Positions 48,901-62,862 of a DNA stretch of 64,000 bases are shown one piece after another. The first letter of the stretch is position 1, and each line of letters starts with the position of its first letter. The notes beneath the pieces were generated by a model. That model ran no database searches, was not told the origin of the DNA, and saw only the letters and a list, made by a program, of their open reading frames with translations. A program made the position numbers and the translations under genes. Source of the stretch: Eledone cirrhosa (lineage: Eukaryota); assembly GCA_964016885.1 (NCBI GenBank), contig OZ024754.1, positions 14,322,001 to 14,386,000 of the forward strand, given 5' to 3'.

Positions 48901-51900
48901 AGTTAACAGTCCATCTGACGGGCTTCCAAACATCTTCCGTCTACCAAAATGTGTGACAAGGCTTTCTATTTGATTTACAGTTAACAGTCCATCTGACGGG
49001 CTTCCAAACATCTTCCGTCTACCAAAATGTGACAAGGCTTTCTATTTGATTTACAGTTAACAGTCCATCTGACGGGCTTCCAAACATCTTCCGTCTACCA
49101 AAATGTGTGACAAGGCTTTCTATTTGATTTACAGTTAACAGTCCATCTGACGGGCTTCCAAACATCTTCCGTCCACCAAAATGTGTGACAAGGCTTTCTA
49201 TTTGATTTACAGTTAACAGTCCATCTGACGGGCTTCCAAACATCTTCCGTCTACCAAAATGTGTGACAAGGCTTTCTATTTGATTTACAGTTAACAGTCC
49301 ATCTGACGGGCTTCCAAACATCTTCCGTCTACCAAAATGTGTGACAAGGCTTTCTATTTGATTTACAGTTAACAGTCCATCTGACGGGCTTCCAAACATC
49401 TTCCGTCTACCAAAATGTGTGACAAGGCTTTCTATTTGATTTACAGTTAACAGTCCATCTGACGGGCTTCCAAACATCTTCCGTCCACCAAAATATGTGA
49501 CAAGGCTTTCTATTTGATTTACAGTTAACAGTCCATCTGACGGGCTTCCAAACATCTTCCGTCTACCAAAATGTGTGACAAGGCTTTCTATTTGATTTAC
49601 AGTTAACAGTCCATCTGACGGGCTTCCAAACATCTTCCGTCCACCAAAATATGTGACAAGGCTTTCTATTTGATTTACAGTTAACAGTCCATCTGACGGG
49701 CTTCCAAACATCTTCCGTCCACCAAAATGTGTGACAAGGCTTTCTATTTGATTTACAGTTAACAGTCCATCTGACGGGCTTCCAAACATCTTCCGTCTAC
49801 CAAAATGTGTGACAAGGCTTTCTATTTGATTTACAGTTAACAGTCCATCTGACGGGCTTCCAAACATCTTCCGTCTACCAAAATGTGTGACAAGGCTTTC
49901 TATTTGATTTACAGTTAACAGTCCATCTGACGGGCTTCCAAACATCTTCCGTCTACCAAAATGTGTGACAAGGCTTTCTATTTGATTTACAGTTAACAGT
50001 CCATCTGACGGGCTTCCAAACATCTTCCGTCCACCAAAATGTGTGACAAGGCTTTCTATTTGATTTACAGTTAACAGTCCATCTGACGGGCTTCCAAACA
50101 TCTTCCGTCTACCAAAATGTGTGACAAGGCTTTCTATTTGATTTACAGTTAACAGTCCATCTGACGGGCTTCCAAACATCTTCCGTCTACCAAAATGTGT
50201 GACAAGGCTTTCTATTTGATTTACAGTTAACAGTCCATCTGACGGGCTTCCAAACATCTTCCGTCTACCAAAATGTGTGACAAGGCTTTCTATTTGATTT
50301 ACAGTTAACAGTCCATCTGACGGGCTTCCAAACATCTTCCGTCTACCAAAATGTGTGACAAGGCTTTCTATTTGATTTACAGTTAACAGTCCATCTGACG
50401 GGCTTCCAAACATCTTCCGTCTACCAAAATGTGTGACAAGGCTTTCTATTTGATTTACAGTTAACAGTCCATCTGACGAGCTTCCAAACATCTTCCGTCT
50501 ACCAAAATGTGTGACAAGGCTTTCTATTTGATTTACAGTTAACAGTCCATCTGACGGGCTTCCAAACATCTTCCGTCTACCAAAATGTGTGACAAGGCTT
50601 TCTATTTGATTTACAGTTAACAGTCCATCTGACGGGCTTCCAAACATCTTCCGTCTACCAAAATGTGACAAGGCTTTCTATTTGATTTACAGTTAACAGT
50701 CCATCTGACGGGCTTCCAAACATCTTCCGTCTACCAAAATGTGTGACAAGGCTTTCTATTTGATTTACAGTTAACAGTCCATCTGACGGGCTTCCAAACA
50801 TCTTCCGTCCACCAAAATGTGTGACAAGGCTTTCTATTTGATTTACAGTTAACAGTCCATCTGACGGGCTTCCAAACATCTTCCGTCTACCAAAATGTGT
50901 GACAAGGCTTTCTATTTGATTTACAGTTAACAGTCCATCTGACGAGCTTCCAAACATCTTCCGTCTACCAAAATGTGTGACAAGGCTTTCTATTTGATTT
51001 ACAGTTAACAGTCCATCTGACGGGCTTCCAAACATCTTCCGTCTACCAAAATGTGTGACAAGGCTTTCTATTTGATTTACAGTTAACAGTCCATCTGACG
51101 GGCTTCCAAACATCTTCCGTCTACCAAAATGTGACAAGGCTTTCTATTTGATTTACAGTTAACAGTCCATCTGACGGGCTTCCAAACATCTTCCGTCTAC
51201 CAAAATGTGTGACAAGGCTTTCTATTTGATTTACAGTTAACAGTCCATCTGACGGGCTTCCAAACATCTTCCGTCCACCAAAATGTGTGACAAGGCTTTC
51301 TATTTGATTTACAGTTAACAGTCCATCTGACGGGCTTCCAAACAGCTTCCGTCTACCAAAATATGTGACAAGGCTTTCTATTTGATTTACAGTTAACAGT
51401 CCATCTGACGGGCTTCCAAACAACTTCCGTCCACCAAAATGTGTGACAAGGCTTTCTATTTGATTTACAGTTAAGAATCCATCTGACGGGCTTCCAAACA
51501 TCTTCCGTCCACCAAAATGTGTGACAAGGCTTTCTATTTGATTTACAGTTAACAGTCCATCTGACGGGCTTCCAAACATCTTCCGTCCACCAAAATGTGT
51601 GACAAGGCTTTCTATTTGATTTACAGTTAACAGTCCATCTGACGGGCTTCCAAACAGCTTCCGTCTACCAAAATATGTGACAAGGCTTTCTATTTGATTT
51701 ACAGTTAACAGTCCATCTGACGGGCTTCCAAACATCTTCCGTCCACCAAAATGTGTGACAAGGCTTTCTATTTGATTTACAGTTAACAGTCCATCTGACG
51801 GGCTTCCAAACATCTTCCGTCCACCAAAATATGTGACAAGGCTTTCTATTTGATTTACAGTTAACAGTCCATCTGACGGGCTTCCAAACATCTTCCGTCC

Positions 51901-54900
51901 ACCAAAATATGTGACAAGGCTTTCTATTTGATTTACAGTTAACAGTCCATCTGACGGGCTTCCAAACATCTTCCGTCCACCAAAATATGTGACAAGGCTT
52001 TCTATTTGATTTACAGTTAACAGTCCATCTGACGGGCTTCCAAACATCTTCCGTCCACCAAAATGTGTGACAAGGCTTTCTATTTGATTTACAGTTAACA
52101 GTCCATCTGACGGGCTTCCAAACATCTTCCGTCCACCAAAATATGTGACAAGGCTTTCTATTTGATTTACAGTTAACAGTCCATCTGACGGGCTTCCAAA
52201 CATCTTCCGTCTACCAAAATGTGTGACAAGGCTTTCTATTTGATTTACAGTTAACAGTCCATCTGACGGGCTTCCAAACATCTTCCGTCCACCAAAATAT
52301 GTGACAAGGCTTTCTATTTGATTTACAGTTAACAGTCCATCTGACGGGCTTCCAAACATCTTCCGTCCACCAAAATGTGTGACAAGGCTTTCTATTTGAT
52401 TTACAGTTAACAGTCCATCTGACGGGCTTCCAAACATCTTCCGTCTACCAAAATGTGTGACAAGGCTTTCTATTTGATTTACAGTTAACAGTCCATCTGA
52501 CGGGCTTCCAAACATCTTCCGTCTACCAAAATGTGTGACAAGGCTTTCTATTTGATTTACAGTTAACAGTCCATCTGACGGGCTTCCAAACATCTTCCGT
52601 CTACCAAAATGTGTGACAAGGCTTTCTATTTGATTTACAGTTAACAGTCCATCTGACGGGCTTCCAAACATCTTCCGTCTACCAAAATGTGTGACAAGGC
52701 TTTCTATTTGATTTACAGTTAACAGTCCATCTGACGAGCTTCCAAACATCTTCCGTCTACCAAAATGTGTGACAAGGCTTTCTATTTGATTTACAGTTAA
52801 CAGTCCATCTGACGGGCTTCCAAACATCTTCCGTCTACCAAAATGTGTGACAAGGCTTTCTATTTGATTTACAGTTAACAGTCCATCTGACGGGCTTCCA
52901 AACATCTTCCGTCTACCAAAATGTGACAAGGCTTTCTATTTGATTTACAGTTAACAGTCCATCTGACGGGCTTCCAAACATCTTCCGTCTACCAAAATGT
53001 GTGACAAGGCTTTCTATTTGATTTACAGTTAACAGTCCATCTGACGGGCTTCCAAACATCTTCCGTCCACCAAAATGTGTGACAAGGCTTTCTATTTGAT
53101 TTACAGTTAACAGTCCATCTGACGGGCTTCCAAACAGCTTCCGTCTACCAAAATATGTGACAAGGCTTTCTATTTGATTTACAGTTAACAGTCCATCTGA
53201 CGGGCTTCCAAACAACTTCCGTCCACCAAAATGTGTGACAAGGCTTTCTATTTGATTTACAGTTAAGAATCCATCTGACGGGCTTCCAAACATCTTCCGT
53301 CCACCAAAATGTGTGACAAGGCTTTCTATTTGATTTACAGTTAACAGTCCATCTGACGGGCTTCCAAACATCTTCCGTCCACCAAAATGTGTGACAAGGC
53401 TTTCTATTTGATTTACAGTTAACAGTCCATCTGACGGGCTTCCAAACAGCTTCCGTCTACCAAAATATGTGACAAGGCTTTCTATTTGATTTACAGTTAA
53501 CAGTCCATCTGACGGGCTTCCAAACATCTTCCGTCCACCAAAATGTGTGACAAGGCTTTCTATTTGATTTACAGTTAACAGTCCATCTGACGGGCTTCCA
53601 AACATCTTCCGTCCACCAAAATATGTGACAAGGCTTTCTATTTGATTTACAGTTAACAGTCCATCTGACGGGCTTCCAAACATCTTCCGTCCACCAAAAT
53701 ATGTGACAAGGCTTTCTATTTGATTTACAGTTAACAGTCCATCTGACGGGCTTCCAAACATCTTCCGTCCACCAAAATATGTGACAAGGCTTTCTATTTG
53801 ATTTACAGTTAACAGTCCATCTGACGGGCTTCCAAACATCTTCCGTCCACCAAAATGTGTGACAAGGCTTTCTATTTGATTTACAGTTAACAGTCCATCT
53901 GACGGGCTTCCAAACATCTTCCGTCCACCAAAATATGTGACAAGGCTTTCTATTTGATTTACAGTTAACAGTCCATCTGACGGGCTTCCAAACATCTTCC
54001 GTCTACCAAAATGTGTGACAAGGCTTTCTATTTGATTTACAGTTAACAGTCCATCTGACGGGCTTCCAAACATCTTCCGTCCACCAAAATATGTGACAAG
54101 GCTTTCTATTTGATTTACAGTTAACAGTCCATCTGACGGGCTTCCAAACATCTTCCGTCTACCAAAATGTGTGACAATGCTTTCTATTTGATTTACAGTT
54201 AACAGTCCATCTGACGGGCTTCCAAACATCTTCCGTCTACCAAAATGTGTGACAATGCTTTCTATTTGATTTACAGTTAACAGTCCATCTGACGGGCTTC
54301 CAAACATCTTCCGTCTACCAAAATGTGTGACAAGGCTTTCTATTTGATTTACAGTTAACAGTCCATCTGACGGGCTTCCAAACATCTTCCGTCCACCAAA
54401 ATGTGTGACAAGGCTTTCTATTTGATTTACAGTTAACAGTCCATCTGACGGGCTTCCAAACAGCTTCCGTCTACCAAAATATGTGACAAGGCTTTCTATT
54501 TGATTTACAGTTAACAGTCCATCTGACGGGCTTCCAAACAACTTCCGTCCACCAAAATGTGTGACAAGGCTTTCTATTTGATTTACAGTTAAGAATCCAT
54601 CTGACGGGCTTCCAAACATCTTCCGTCCACCAAAATGTGTGACAAGGCTTTCTATTTGATTTACAGTTAACAGTCCATCTGACGGGCTTCCAAACATCTT
54701 CCGTCCACCAAAATGTGTGACAAGGCTTTCTATTTGATTTACAGTTAACAGTCCATCTGACGGGCTTCCAAACAGCTTCCGTCTACCAAAATGTGTGACA
54801 AGGTTTTCTATTTGATTTACAGTTAACAGTCCATCTGACGGGCTTCCAAACAGCTTCCGTCTACCAAAATGTGTGACAAGGCTTTCTATTTGATTTATAG

Positions 54901-57900
54901 TTAACAGTCCATCTGACGGGCTTCCAAACAGCTTCCGTCTACCAAAATGTGTGACAAGGCTTTCTATTTGATTTACAGTTAACAGTCCATCTGACGGGCT
55001 TCCAAACAGCTCCGTCTACCAAAATCTGTGACAAGGCTTTCTATTTGATTTACAGTTAACAGTCCATCTGACGGGCTTCCAAACATCTTCCGTCCAACAA
55101 AATGTGTGACAAGGCTTTCTATTTGATTTACAGTTAACAGTCCATCTGACGGGCTTCCAAACAGCTCCGTCTACCAAAATCTGTGACAAGGCTTTCTATT
55201 TGATTTACAGTTAACAATCCATCTGACGGGCTTCCAAACATCTTCCGTCCACCAAAATCTGTGACAAGGCTTTCTATTTGATTTACAGTTAACAGTTCAT
55301 CTGATGGGCTTCCAAACAGCTTCCGTCTACCAAAATATGTGACAAGGCTTTCTATTTGATTTACAGTTAACAGTCCATCTGACGGGCTTCCAAACATCTT
55401 CCGTCCACCAAAATGTGTGACAAGGCTTTCTATTTGATTTACAGTTAACAGTCCATCTGACGGGCTTCCAAACAGCTTCCGTCTACCAAAATATGTGACA
55501 AGGCTTTCTATTTGATTTACAGTTAACAGTCCATCTGACGGGCTTCCAAACATCTTCCGTCCACCAAAATGTGTGACAAGGCTTTCTATTTGATTTACAG
55601 TTAACAGTCCATCTGACGGGCTTCCAAACAGCTCCGTCTACCAAAATCTGTGACAAGGCTTTCTATTTGATTTACAGTTAACAATCCATCTGACGGGCTT
55701 CCAAACATCTTCCGTCCACCAAAATCTGTGACAAGGCTTTCTATTTGATTTACAGTTAACAGTCCATCTGACGGGCTTCCAAACAGCTTCCGTCTACCAA
55801 AATATGTGACAAGGCTTTCTATTTGATTTACAGTTAACAGTCCATCTGACGGGCTTCCAAACATCTTCCGTCCACCAAAATGTGTGACAAGGCTTTCTAT
55901 TTGATTTACAGTTAACAGTCCATCTGACGGGCTTCCAAACAGCCCCGTCTACCAAAATGTGTGACAATGTTTTCTATTTGATTTACAGTTAACAGTCCAT
56001 CTGACGGGCTTCCAAACAGCTCCGTCTACCAAAATGTGTGACAAGGCTTTCTATTTGATTTACAGTTAACAGTCCATCTGACGGGCTTCCAAACAGCTTC
56101 CGTCTACCAAAATATGTGACAAGGCTTTCTATTTGATTTACAGTTAACAGTCCATCTGACGGGCTTCCAAACATCTTCCGTCCACCAAAATCTGTGACAA
56201 TGCTTTCTATTTGATTTACAGTTAACAGTCCATCTGACGGGCTTCCAAACATCTTCCGTCCACCAAAATATGTGACAATGCTTTCTATTTGATTTACAGT
56301 TAACAGTCCATCTGACGGGCTTCCAAACATCTTCCGTCCACCAAAATATGTGACAATGCTTTCTATTTGATTTACAGTTAACAGTCCATCTGACGGGCTT
56401 CCAAACATCTTCCGTCCACCAAAATGTGTGACAAGGCTTTCTATTTGATTTACAGTTAACAGTCCATCTGACGGGCTTCCAAACATCTTCCGTCCACCAA
56501 AATGTGTGACAAGGCTTTCTATTTGATTTACAGTTAACAGTCCATCTGACGGGCTTCCAAACATCTTCCGTCCACCAAAATGTGTGACAAGGCTTTCTAT
56601 TTGATTTACAGTTAACAGTCCATCTGACGGGCTTCCAAACATCTTCCGTCTACCAAAATGTGTGACAAGGCTTTCTATTTGATTTACAGTTAACAGTCCA
56701 TCTGACGGGCTTCCAAACAGTTTCCGTCTACCAAAATGTGTGACAAGGCTTTCTATTTGATTTACAGTTAACAGTCCATCTGACGGGCTTCCAAACATCT
56801 TCCGTCCACCAAAATGTGTGACAAGGCTTTCTATTTGATTTACAGTTAACAGTCCATCTGACGGGCTTCCAAACATCTTCCGTCTACCAAAATGTGTGAC
56901 AAGGCTTTCTATTTGATTTACAGTTAACAGTCCATCTGACGGGCTTCCAAACATCTTCCGTCTACCAAAATGTGTGACAAGGCTTTCTATTTGATTTACA
57001 GTTAACAGTCCATCTGACGGGCTTCCAAACATCTTCCGTCTACCAAAATGTGTGACAAGGCTTTCTATTTGATTTACAGTTAACAGTCCATCTGACGGGC
57101 TTCCAAACATCTTCCGTCTACCAAAATGTGTGACAAGGCTTTCTATTTGATTTACAGTTAACAGTCCATCTGACGAGCTTCCAAACATCTTCCGTCTACC
57201 AAAATGTGTGACAAGGCTTTCTATTTGATTTACAGTTAACAGTCCATCTGACGGGCTTCCAAACATCTTCCGTCTACCAAAATGTGTGACAAGGCTTTCT
57301 ATTTGATTTACAGTTAACAGTCCATCTGACGGGCTTCCAAACATCTTCCGTCTACCAAAATGTGACAAGGCTTTCTATTTGATTTACAGTTAACAGTCCA
57401 TCTGACGGGCTTCCAAACATCTTCCGTCTACCAAAATGTGTGACAAGGCTTTCTATTTGATTTACAGTTAACAGTCCATCTGACGGGCTTCCAAACATCT
57501 TCCGTCCACCAAAATGTGTGACAAGGCTTTCTATTTGATTTACAGTTAACAGTCCATCTGACGGGCTTCCAAACAGCTTCCGTCTACCAAAATATGTGAC
57601 AAGGCTTTCTATTTGATTTACAGTTAACAGTCCATCTGACGGGCTTCCAAACAACTTCCGTCCACCAAAATGTGTGACAAGGCTTTCTATTTGATTTACA
57701 GTTAAGAATCCATCTGACGGGCTTCCAAACATCTTCCGTCCACCAAAATGTGTGACAAGGCTTTCTATTTGATTTACAGTTAACAGTCCATCTGACGGGC
57801 TTCCAAACATCTTCCGTCCACCAAAATGTGTGACAAGGCTTTCTATTTGATTTACAGTTAACAGTCCATCTGACGGGCTTCCAAACAGCTTCCGTCTACC

Positions 57901-60352
57901 AAAATATGTGACAAGGCTTTCTATTTGATTTACAGTTAACAGTCCATCTGACGGGCTTCCAAACATCTTCCGTCCACCAAAATGTGTGACAAGGCTTTCT
58001 ATTTGATTTACAGTTAACAGTCCATCTGACGGGCTTCCAAACATCTTCCGTCCACCAAAATATGTGACAAGGCTTTCTATTTGATTTACAGTTAACAGTC
58101 CATCTGACGGGCTTCCAAACATCTTCCGTCCACCAAAATATGTGACAAGGCTTTCTATTTGATTTACAGTTAACAGTCCATCTGACGGGCTTCCAAACAT
58201 CTTCCGTCCACCAAAATATGTGACAAGGCTTTCTATTTGATTTACAGTTAACAGTCCATCTGACGGGCTTCCAAACATCTTCCGTCCACCAAAATGTGTG
58301 ACAAGGCTTTCTATTTGATTTACAGTTAACAGTCCATCTGACGGGCTTCCAAACATCTTCCGTCCACCAAAATATGTGACAAGGCTTTCTATTTGATTTA
58401 CAGTTAACAGTCCATCTGACGGGCTTCCAAACATCTTCCGTCTACCAAAATGTGTGACAAGGCTTTCTATTTGATTTACAGTTAACAGTCCATCTGACGG
58501 GCTTCCAAACATCTTCCGTCCACCAAAATATGTGACAAGGCTTTCTATTTGATTTACAGTTAACAGTCCATCTGACGGGCTTCCAAACATCTTCCGTCTA
58601 CCAAAATGTGTGACAATGCTTTCTATTTGATTTACAGTTAACAGTCCATCTGACGGGCTTCCAAACATCTTCCGTCTACCAAAATGTGTGACAATGCTTT
58701 CTATTTGATTTACAGTTAACAGTCCATCTGACGGGCTTCCAAACATCTTCCGTCTACCAAAATGTGTGACAAGGCTTTCTATTTGATTTACAGTTAACAG
58801 TCCATCTGACGGGCTTCCAAACATCTTCCGTCCACCAAAATGTGTGACAAGGCTTTCTATTTGATTTACAGTTAACAGTCCATCTGACGGGCTTCCAAAC
58901 AGCTTCCGTCTACCAAAATATGTGACAAGGCTTTCTATTTGATTTACAGTTAACAGTCCATCTGACGGGCTTCCAAACAACTTCCGTCCACCAAAATGTG
59001 TGACAAGGCTTTCTATTTGATTTACAGTTAAGAATCCATCTGACGGGCTTCCAAACATCTTCCGTCCACCAAAATGTGTGACAAGGCTTTCTATTTGATT
59101 TACAGTTAACAGTCCATCTGACGGGCTTCCAAACATCTTCCGTCCACCAAAATGTGTGACAAGGCTTTCTATTTGATTTACAGTTAACAGTCCATCTGAC
59201 GGGCTTCCAAACAGCTTCCGTCTACCAAAATATGTGACAAGGCTTTCTATTTGATTTAAAGTTAACAGTCCATCTGACGGGCTTCCAAACATCTTCCGTC
59301 CACCAAAATGTGTGACAAGGCTTTCTATTTGATTTACAGTTAACAGTCCATCTGACGGGCTTCCAAACATCTTCCGTCCACCAAAATATGTGACAAGGCT
59401 TTCTATTTGATTTACAGTTAACAGTCCATCTGACGGGCTTCCAAACATCTTCCGTCCACCAAAATATGTGACAAGGCTTTCTATTTGATTTACAGTTAAC
59501 AGTCCATCTGACGGGCTTCCAAACATCTTCCGTCCACCAAAATATGTGACAAGGCTTTCTATTTGATTTACAGTTAACAGTCCATCTGACGGGCTTCCAA
59601 ACATCTTCCGTCCACCAAAATGTGTGACAAGGCTTTCTATTTGATTTACAGTTAACAGTCCATCTGACGGGCTTCCAAACATCTTCCGTCCACCAAAATA
59701 TGTGACAAGGCTTTCTATTTGATTTACAGTTAACAGTCCATCTGACGGGCTTCCAAACATCTTCCGTCTACCAAAATGTGTGACAATGCTTTCTATTTGA
59801 TTTACAGTTAACAGTCCATCTGACGGGCTTCCAAACATCTTCCGTCCACCAAAATATGTGACAAGGCTTTCTATTTGATTTACAGTTAACAGTCCATCTG
59901 ACGGGCTTCCAAACATCTTCCGTCTACCAAAATGTGTGACAATGCTTTCTATTTGATTTACAGTTAACAGTCCATCTGACGGGCTTCCAAACATCTTCCG
60001 TCTACCAAAATGTGTGACAATGCTTTCTATTTGATTTACAGTTAACAGTCCATCTGACGGGCTTCCAAACATCTTCCGTCTACCAAAATGTGTGACAAGG
60101 CTTTCTATTTGATTTACAGTTAACAGTCCATCTGACGGGCTTCCAAACATCTTCCGTCCACCAAAATGTGTGACAAGGCTTTCTATTTGATTTACAGTTA
60201 ACAGTCCATCTGACGGGCTTCCAAACATCTTCCGTCTACCAAATTTCATTGACAAGGTTTGGGTCGACATGAAGCTGTGGTAAATCCCACTTGCCTAAGA
60301 TGTCACGTAGGGGATCGAACCCGAGACTTAATGATTACAAAACAAACCTCTT
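42968..60352 (-). mobile_element. Family B tRNA-derived SINE split by a 17-kb internal satellite expansion
   Basis: Head with B box (gggatcgaacc at 60311-60321 on +) at the right; tail 42968-43105 is homologous to 62212-62315; the satellite unit is continuous with both flanks. Confidence 0.8.
43106..60243. repeat. 78-bp satellite, ~220 copies, with higher-order repeats
   Basis: Unit aaaatgtgtgacaaggctttctatttgatttacagttaacagtccatctgacgggcttccaaacatcttccgtc(c/t)acc. Confidence 0.99.
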
Positions 60353-60654
60353 GGTGTGTGAGAGGGTGTGGGTGTCTGGGATGGGGTGTCTGGGATGGGG
60401 TGGGGCTAGAGTAGTCGGCGGTGCGGTAAGATGGGGGTCAGGGGACGGGGGCTCTATAGTGTGGGGTGTTTGGAGTTTGGGGGTAGAGTGTCTAAGGTGT
60501 GGGGTCGGGTGTCTCGGTTAGGCTTAGGGTGGGGTGTTTGGTGTGGGTGTCTCTTGTGGGGTGTCTGGGTTAGGGTGGGGTGTTTGGTGTGGGCTGGAAG
60601 GGAATGTCATTATAACTAGATATTCGGGTTGTCGTTGTTGACATCAATGTCTCT

Positions 60655-60655
60655 C

Positions 60656-60692
<37 letters not shown>

Positions 60693-61292
60693 GATGATGA
60701 TGTCATCACCCTTCTCACCATCGTTGTCTATCTGTAGTAGTAGTAGTAGTAGTAGTAGTAATATTAGTAGTAGTAGTAGTATTAGTATTATTATTATTAT
60801 TATTATTATTAGTAGTAGTAGTAGTAGTAGTTGTTGTTGGTGTTGATTATTGCTGTGGTGTTGTAGTTGTTGTTGTTACTGTTATTGCTGTTGCTGTTAT
60901 TGCTGTTGTTATTGTTGTTATTGTTGTTGTTGTTGTTATTGCTGCCATTGTTGTTGTTGTTGTTGTTATTGATGTTATTGTTGTTGTTGTTGTTGTTATT
61001 GCTGTTTTTGTTGTTGTTGTTGTTGTTATTGCTGTCGATATTGTTGTTGTTGTTATTGCTGTCGTTATTGTTGTTGTTGTTGTTGTTATTGCTGTCGTTA
61101 TTGTTGTTGTTGTTGTTGTTGTGGTTGTTATTGCTGTTGTTATTGCTGTTGTTATTGCTGTTGTTATTGCTGTTGTTATTTCTGTTGTTGTTGTTGTTAT
61201 TGCTGTTGTTGTTGTTGTTATTGCTGCCGTTGTTGTTGTTGTTATTGCTGCCGTTGTTGTTGTTATTGCTGTTGTTATTGTTGTTGTTGTTG
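60655..61292. repeat. (GTT)n, (AGT)n, (ATT)n and gttattgctgtt arrays
   Basis: Direct observation. Confidence 0.93.
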
Positions 61293-61394
61293 CCACTACA
61301 ATATCACCAGAAACAATATTTTTGAAACCTTCCTAATTTCTTAAAAGTTTAAAGTCTACGAATTCCACTTCAGGGAATTTCGAAGAAGACTTTT

Positions 61395-61404
61395 CCCATG
61401 TCGG

Positions 61405-61445
<41 letters not shown>

Positions 61446-61970
61446 TACACACTATTCCCTCGTCGGTTGCACACATACACATACACACTGTTCCCATATC
61501 GGTTACACACACACTCTTCCTACGTCGGTTACACACACACTTCGTATGTCAGTTATACGCACAATCATTTACACACACTGACACACACACACTGTTCCCA
61601 TGTCGGTTACACACACACAATGTCGGTTACACACGCACACACTGACACACACACTGTTCCCATGTCGGTTACACACACACTTCGTATGTCAGTTATACGC
61701 ACAATCATTTACACACACTGACACACACACACTGTTCCCATGTCGGTTACACACACACAATGTCGGTTACACACGCACACACAGACACACACACTGTTCC
61801 CACGTCGGTTACACACACACACACACACTCTTCTTACGTCGGTTACACACACACTTCGTATGTCAGTTATACGCACAATCATTTATACACACACTGTTCC
61901 CATGTCGGTTGCACACACACACACAATGTCGGTTACACACACACTGACACACACTGTTCCCATGTCGGTT

Positions 61971-61996
<26 letters not shown>
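61395..61996. repeat. Composite minisatellite (cccatgtcggttacacacac subunits; ~140-174-bp superunits)
   Basis: ttcgtatgtcagttatacgcacaatcattta recurs at 61541, 61681 and ~61855. Confidence 0.9.
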
Positions 61997-62001
<5 letters not shown>

Positions 62002-62211
62002 TACACCAACAGCCATACATTCCTCCAACACAGACATTCAGTGAGTTCAGTATTGCTAGAGAATACAGACACAACAGCCAACACCCCCCACCTCCCAAAA
62101 GTACATCATCCAGAACATTCTATCTTATCACATCTGTTTCTAGTCATAACTTGTATTCACCGACAACATTTCCTACACTACTATTGTACTTTCTACTGTA
62201 CGTGGGACGGT

Positions 62212-62320
62212 CCTCCGTCGGTTTCGACGAGGCGTGTTCCCGTTATAGGGACAGTGGATCAGCCTTGTTCGGGAAATTTACGTGTATCTCACTCAGCATT
62301 CCACAGACACGTGCAACAAT
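62212..62320 (-). mobile_element. Old family B SINE 3' tail
   Basis: Aligns by eye with 42969-43070. Confidence 0.6.
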
Positions 62321-62539
62321 TATTGTATTATAGAGATAGCATAGTACATTCTCTAGAAGCATACGAGGATGGCCAGAAAACTGCATAGGCTGACTACGAA
62401 GGAGTGATGCTAGAACTGTGAAATCTTGTTCTTCGTATTTTCTGTCGCATTGCACCGATTTTAAAAAAAATTATCGGTCTTTTACTACATATCTCACAAA
62501 GCTTCATATTAACTACACTACACACACACACACTCTCAT

Positions 62540-62581
<42 letters not shown>

Positions 62582-62582
62582 A

Positions 62583-62617
<35 letters not shown>

Positions 62618-62654
62618 TCTCTCTCTCTCACACACACACACTCTCGCTCTCTCA

Positions 62655-62689
<35 letters not shown>

Positions 62690-62795
62690 TCTCTCTCTCT
62701 CTCACACACACACACACTCTCACTCTCTCTCTCTCTCTCTATATATATATATTAATTCCAAATATTAACAAAATAGATATTCTTGTGATCAATTA

Positions 62796-62862
62796 TATTT
62801 TATTAGACATATTTCAGAGGTACTGAATTAAGTTCAACAGTACGTCCTCATCACATAAAATA
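62796..62862 (-). ncRNA. Hammerhead ribozyme relic (C3G)
   Basis: TATTTTAT-GTGATGA-ggacgtactg..cagtacctct-GAAA-TATGTC-TA-ATAAAATA; lies in a ~160-bp block shared with 26413-26570. Confidence 0.55.

Noticed and set aside
43106-60243. CRISPR-like array
   Set aside because: There are no unique spacers, units are contiguous and near-identical, there are no cas genes and the context is eukaryotic; the same applies to 7618-8499
43686-60270. Long - strand ORFs (up to 972 aa) of the 26-aa repeat MFGSPSDGLLTVNQIESLVTHFGRRK
   Set aside because: The 78-bp unit is divisible by 3 and stop-free in one frame by chance; 1-2-bp deletions are tolerated and propagated; the sequence derives from a SINE
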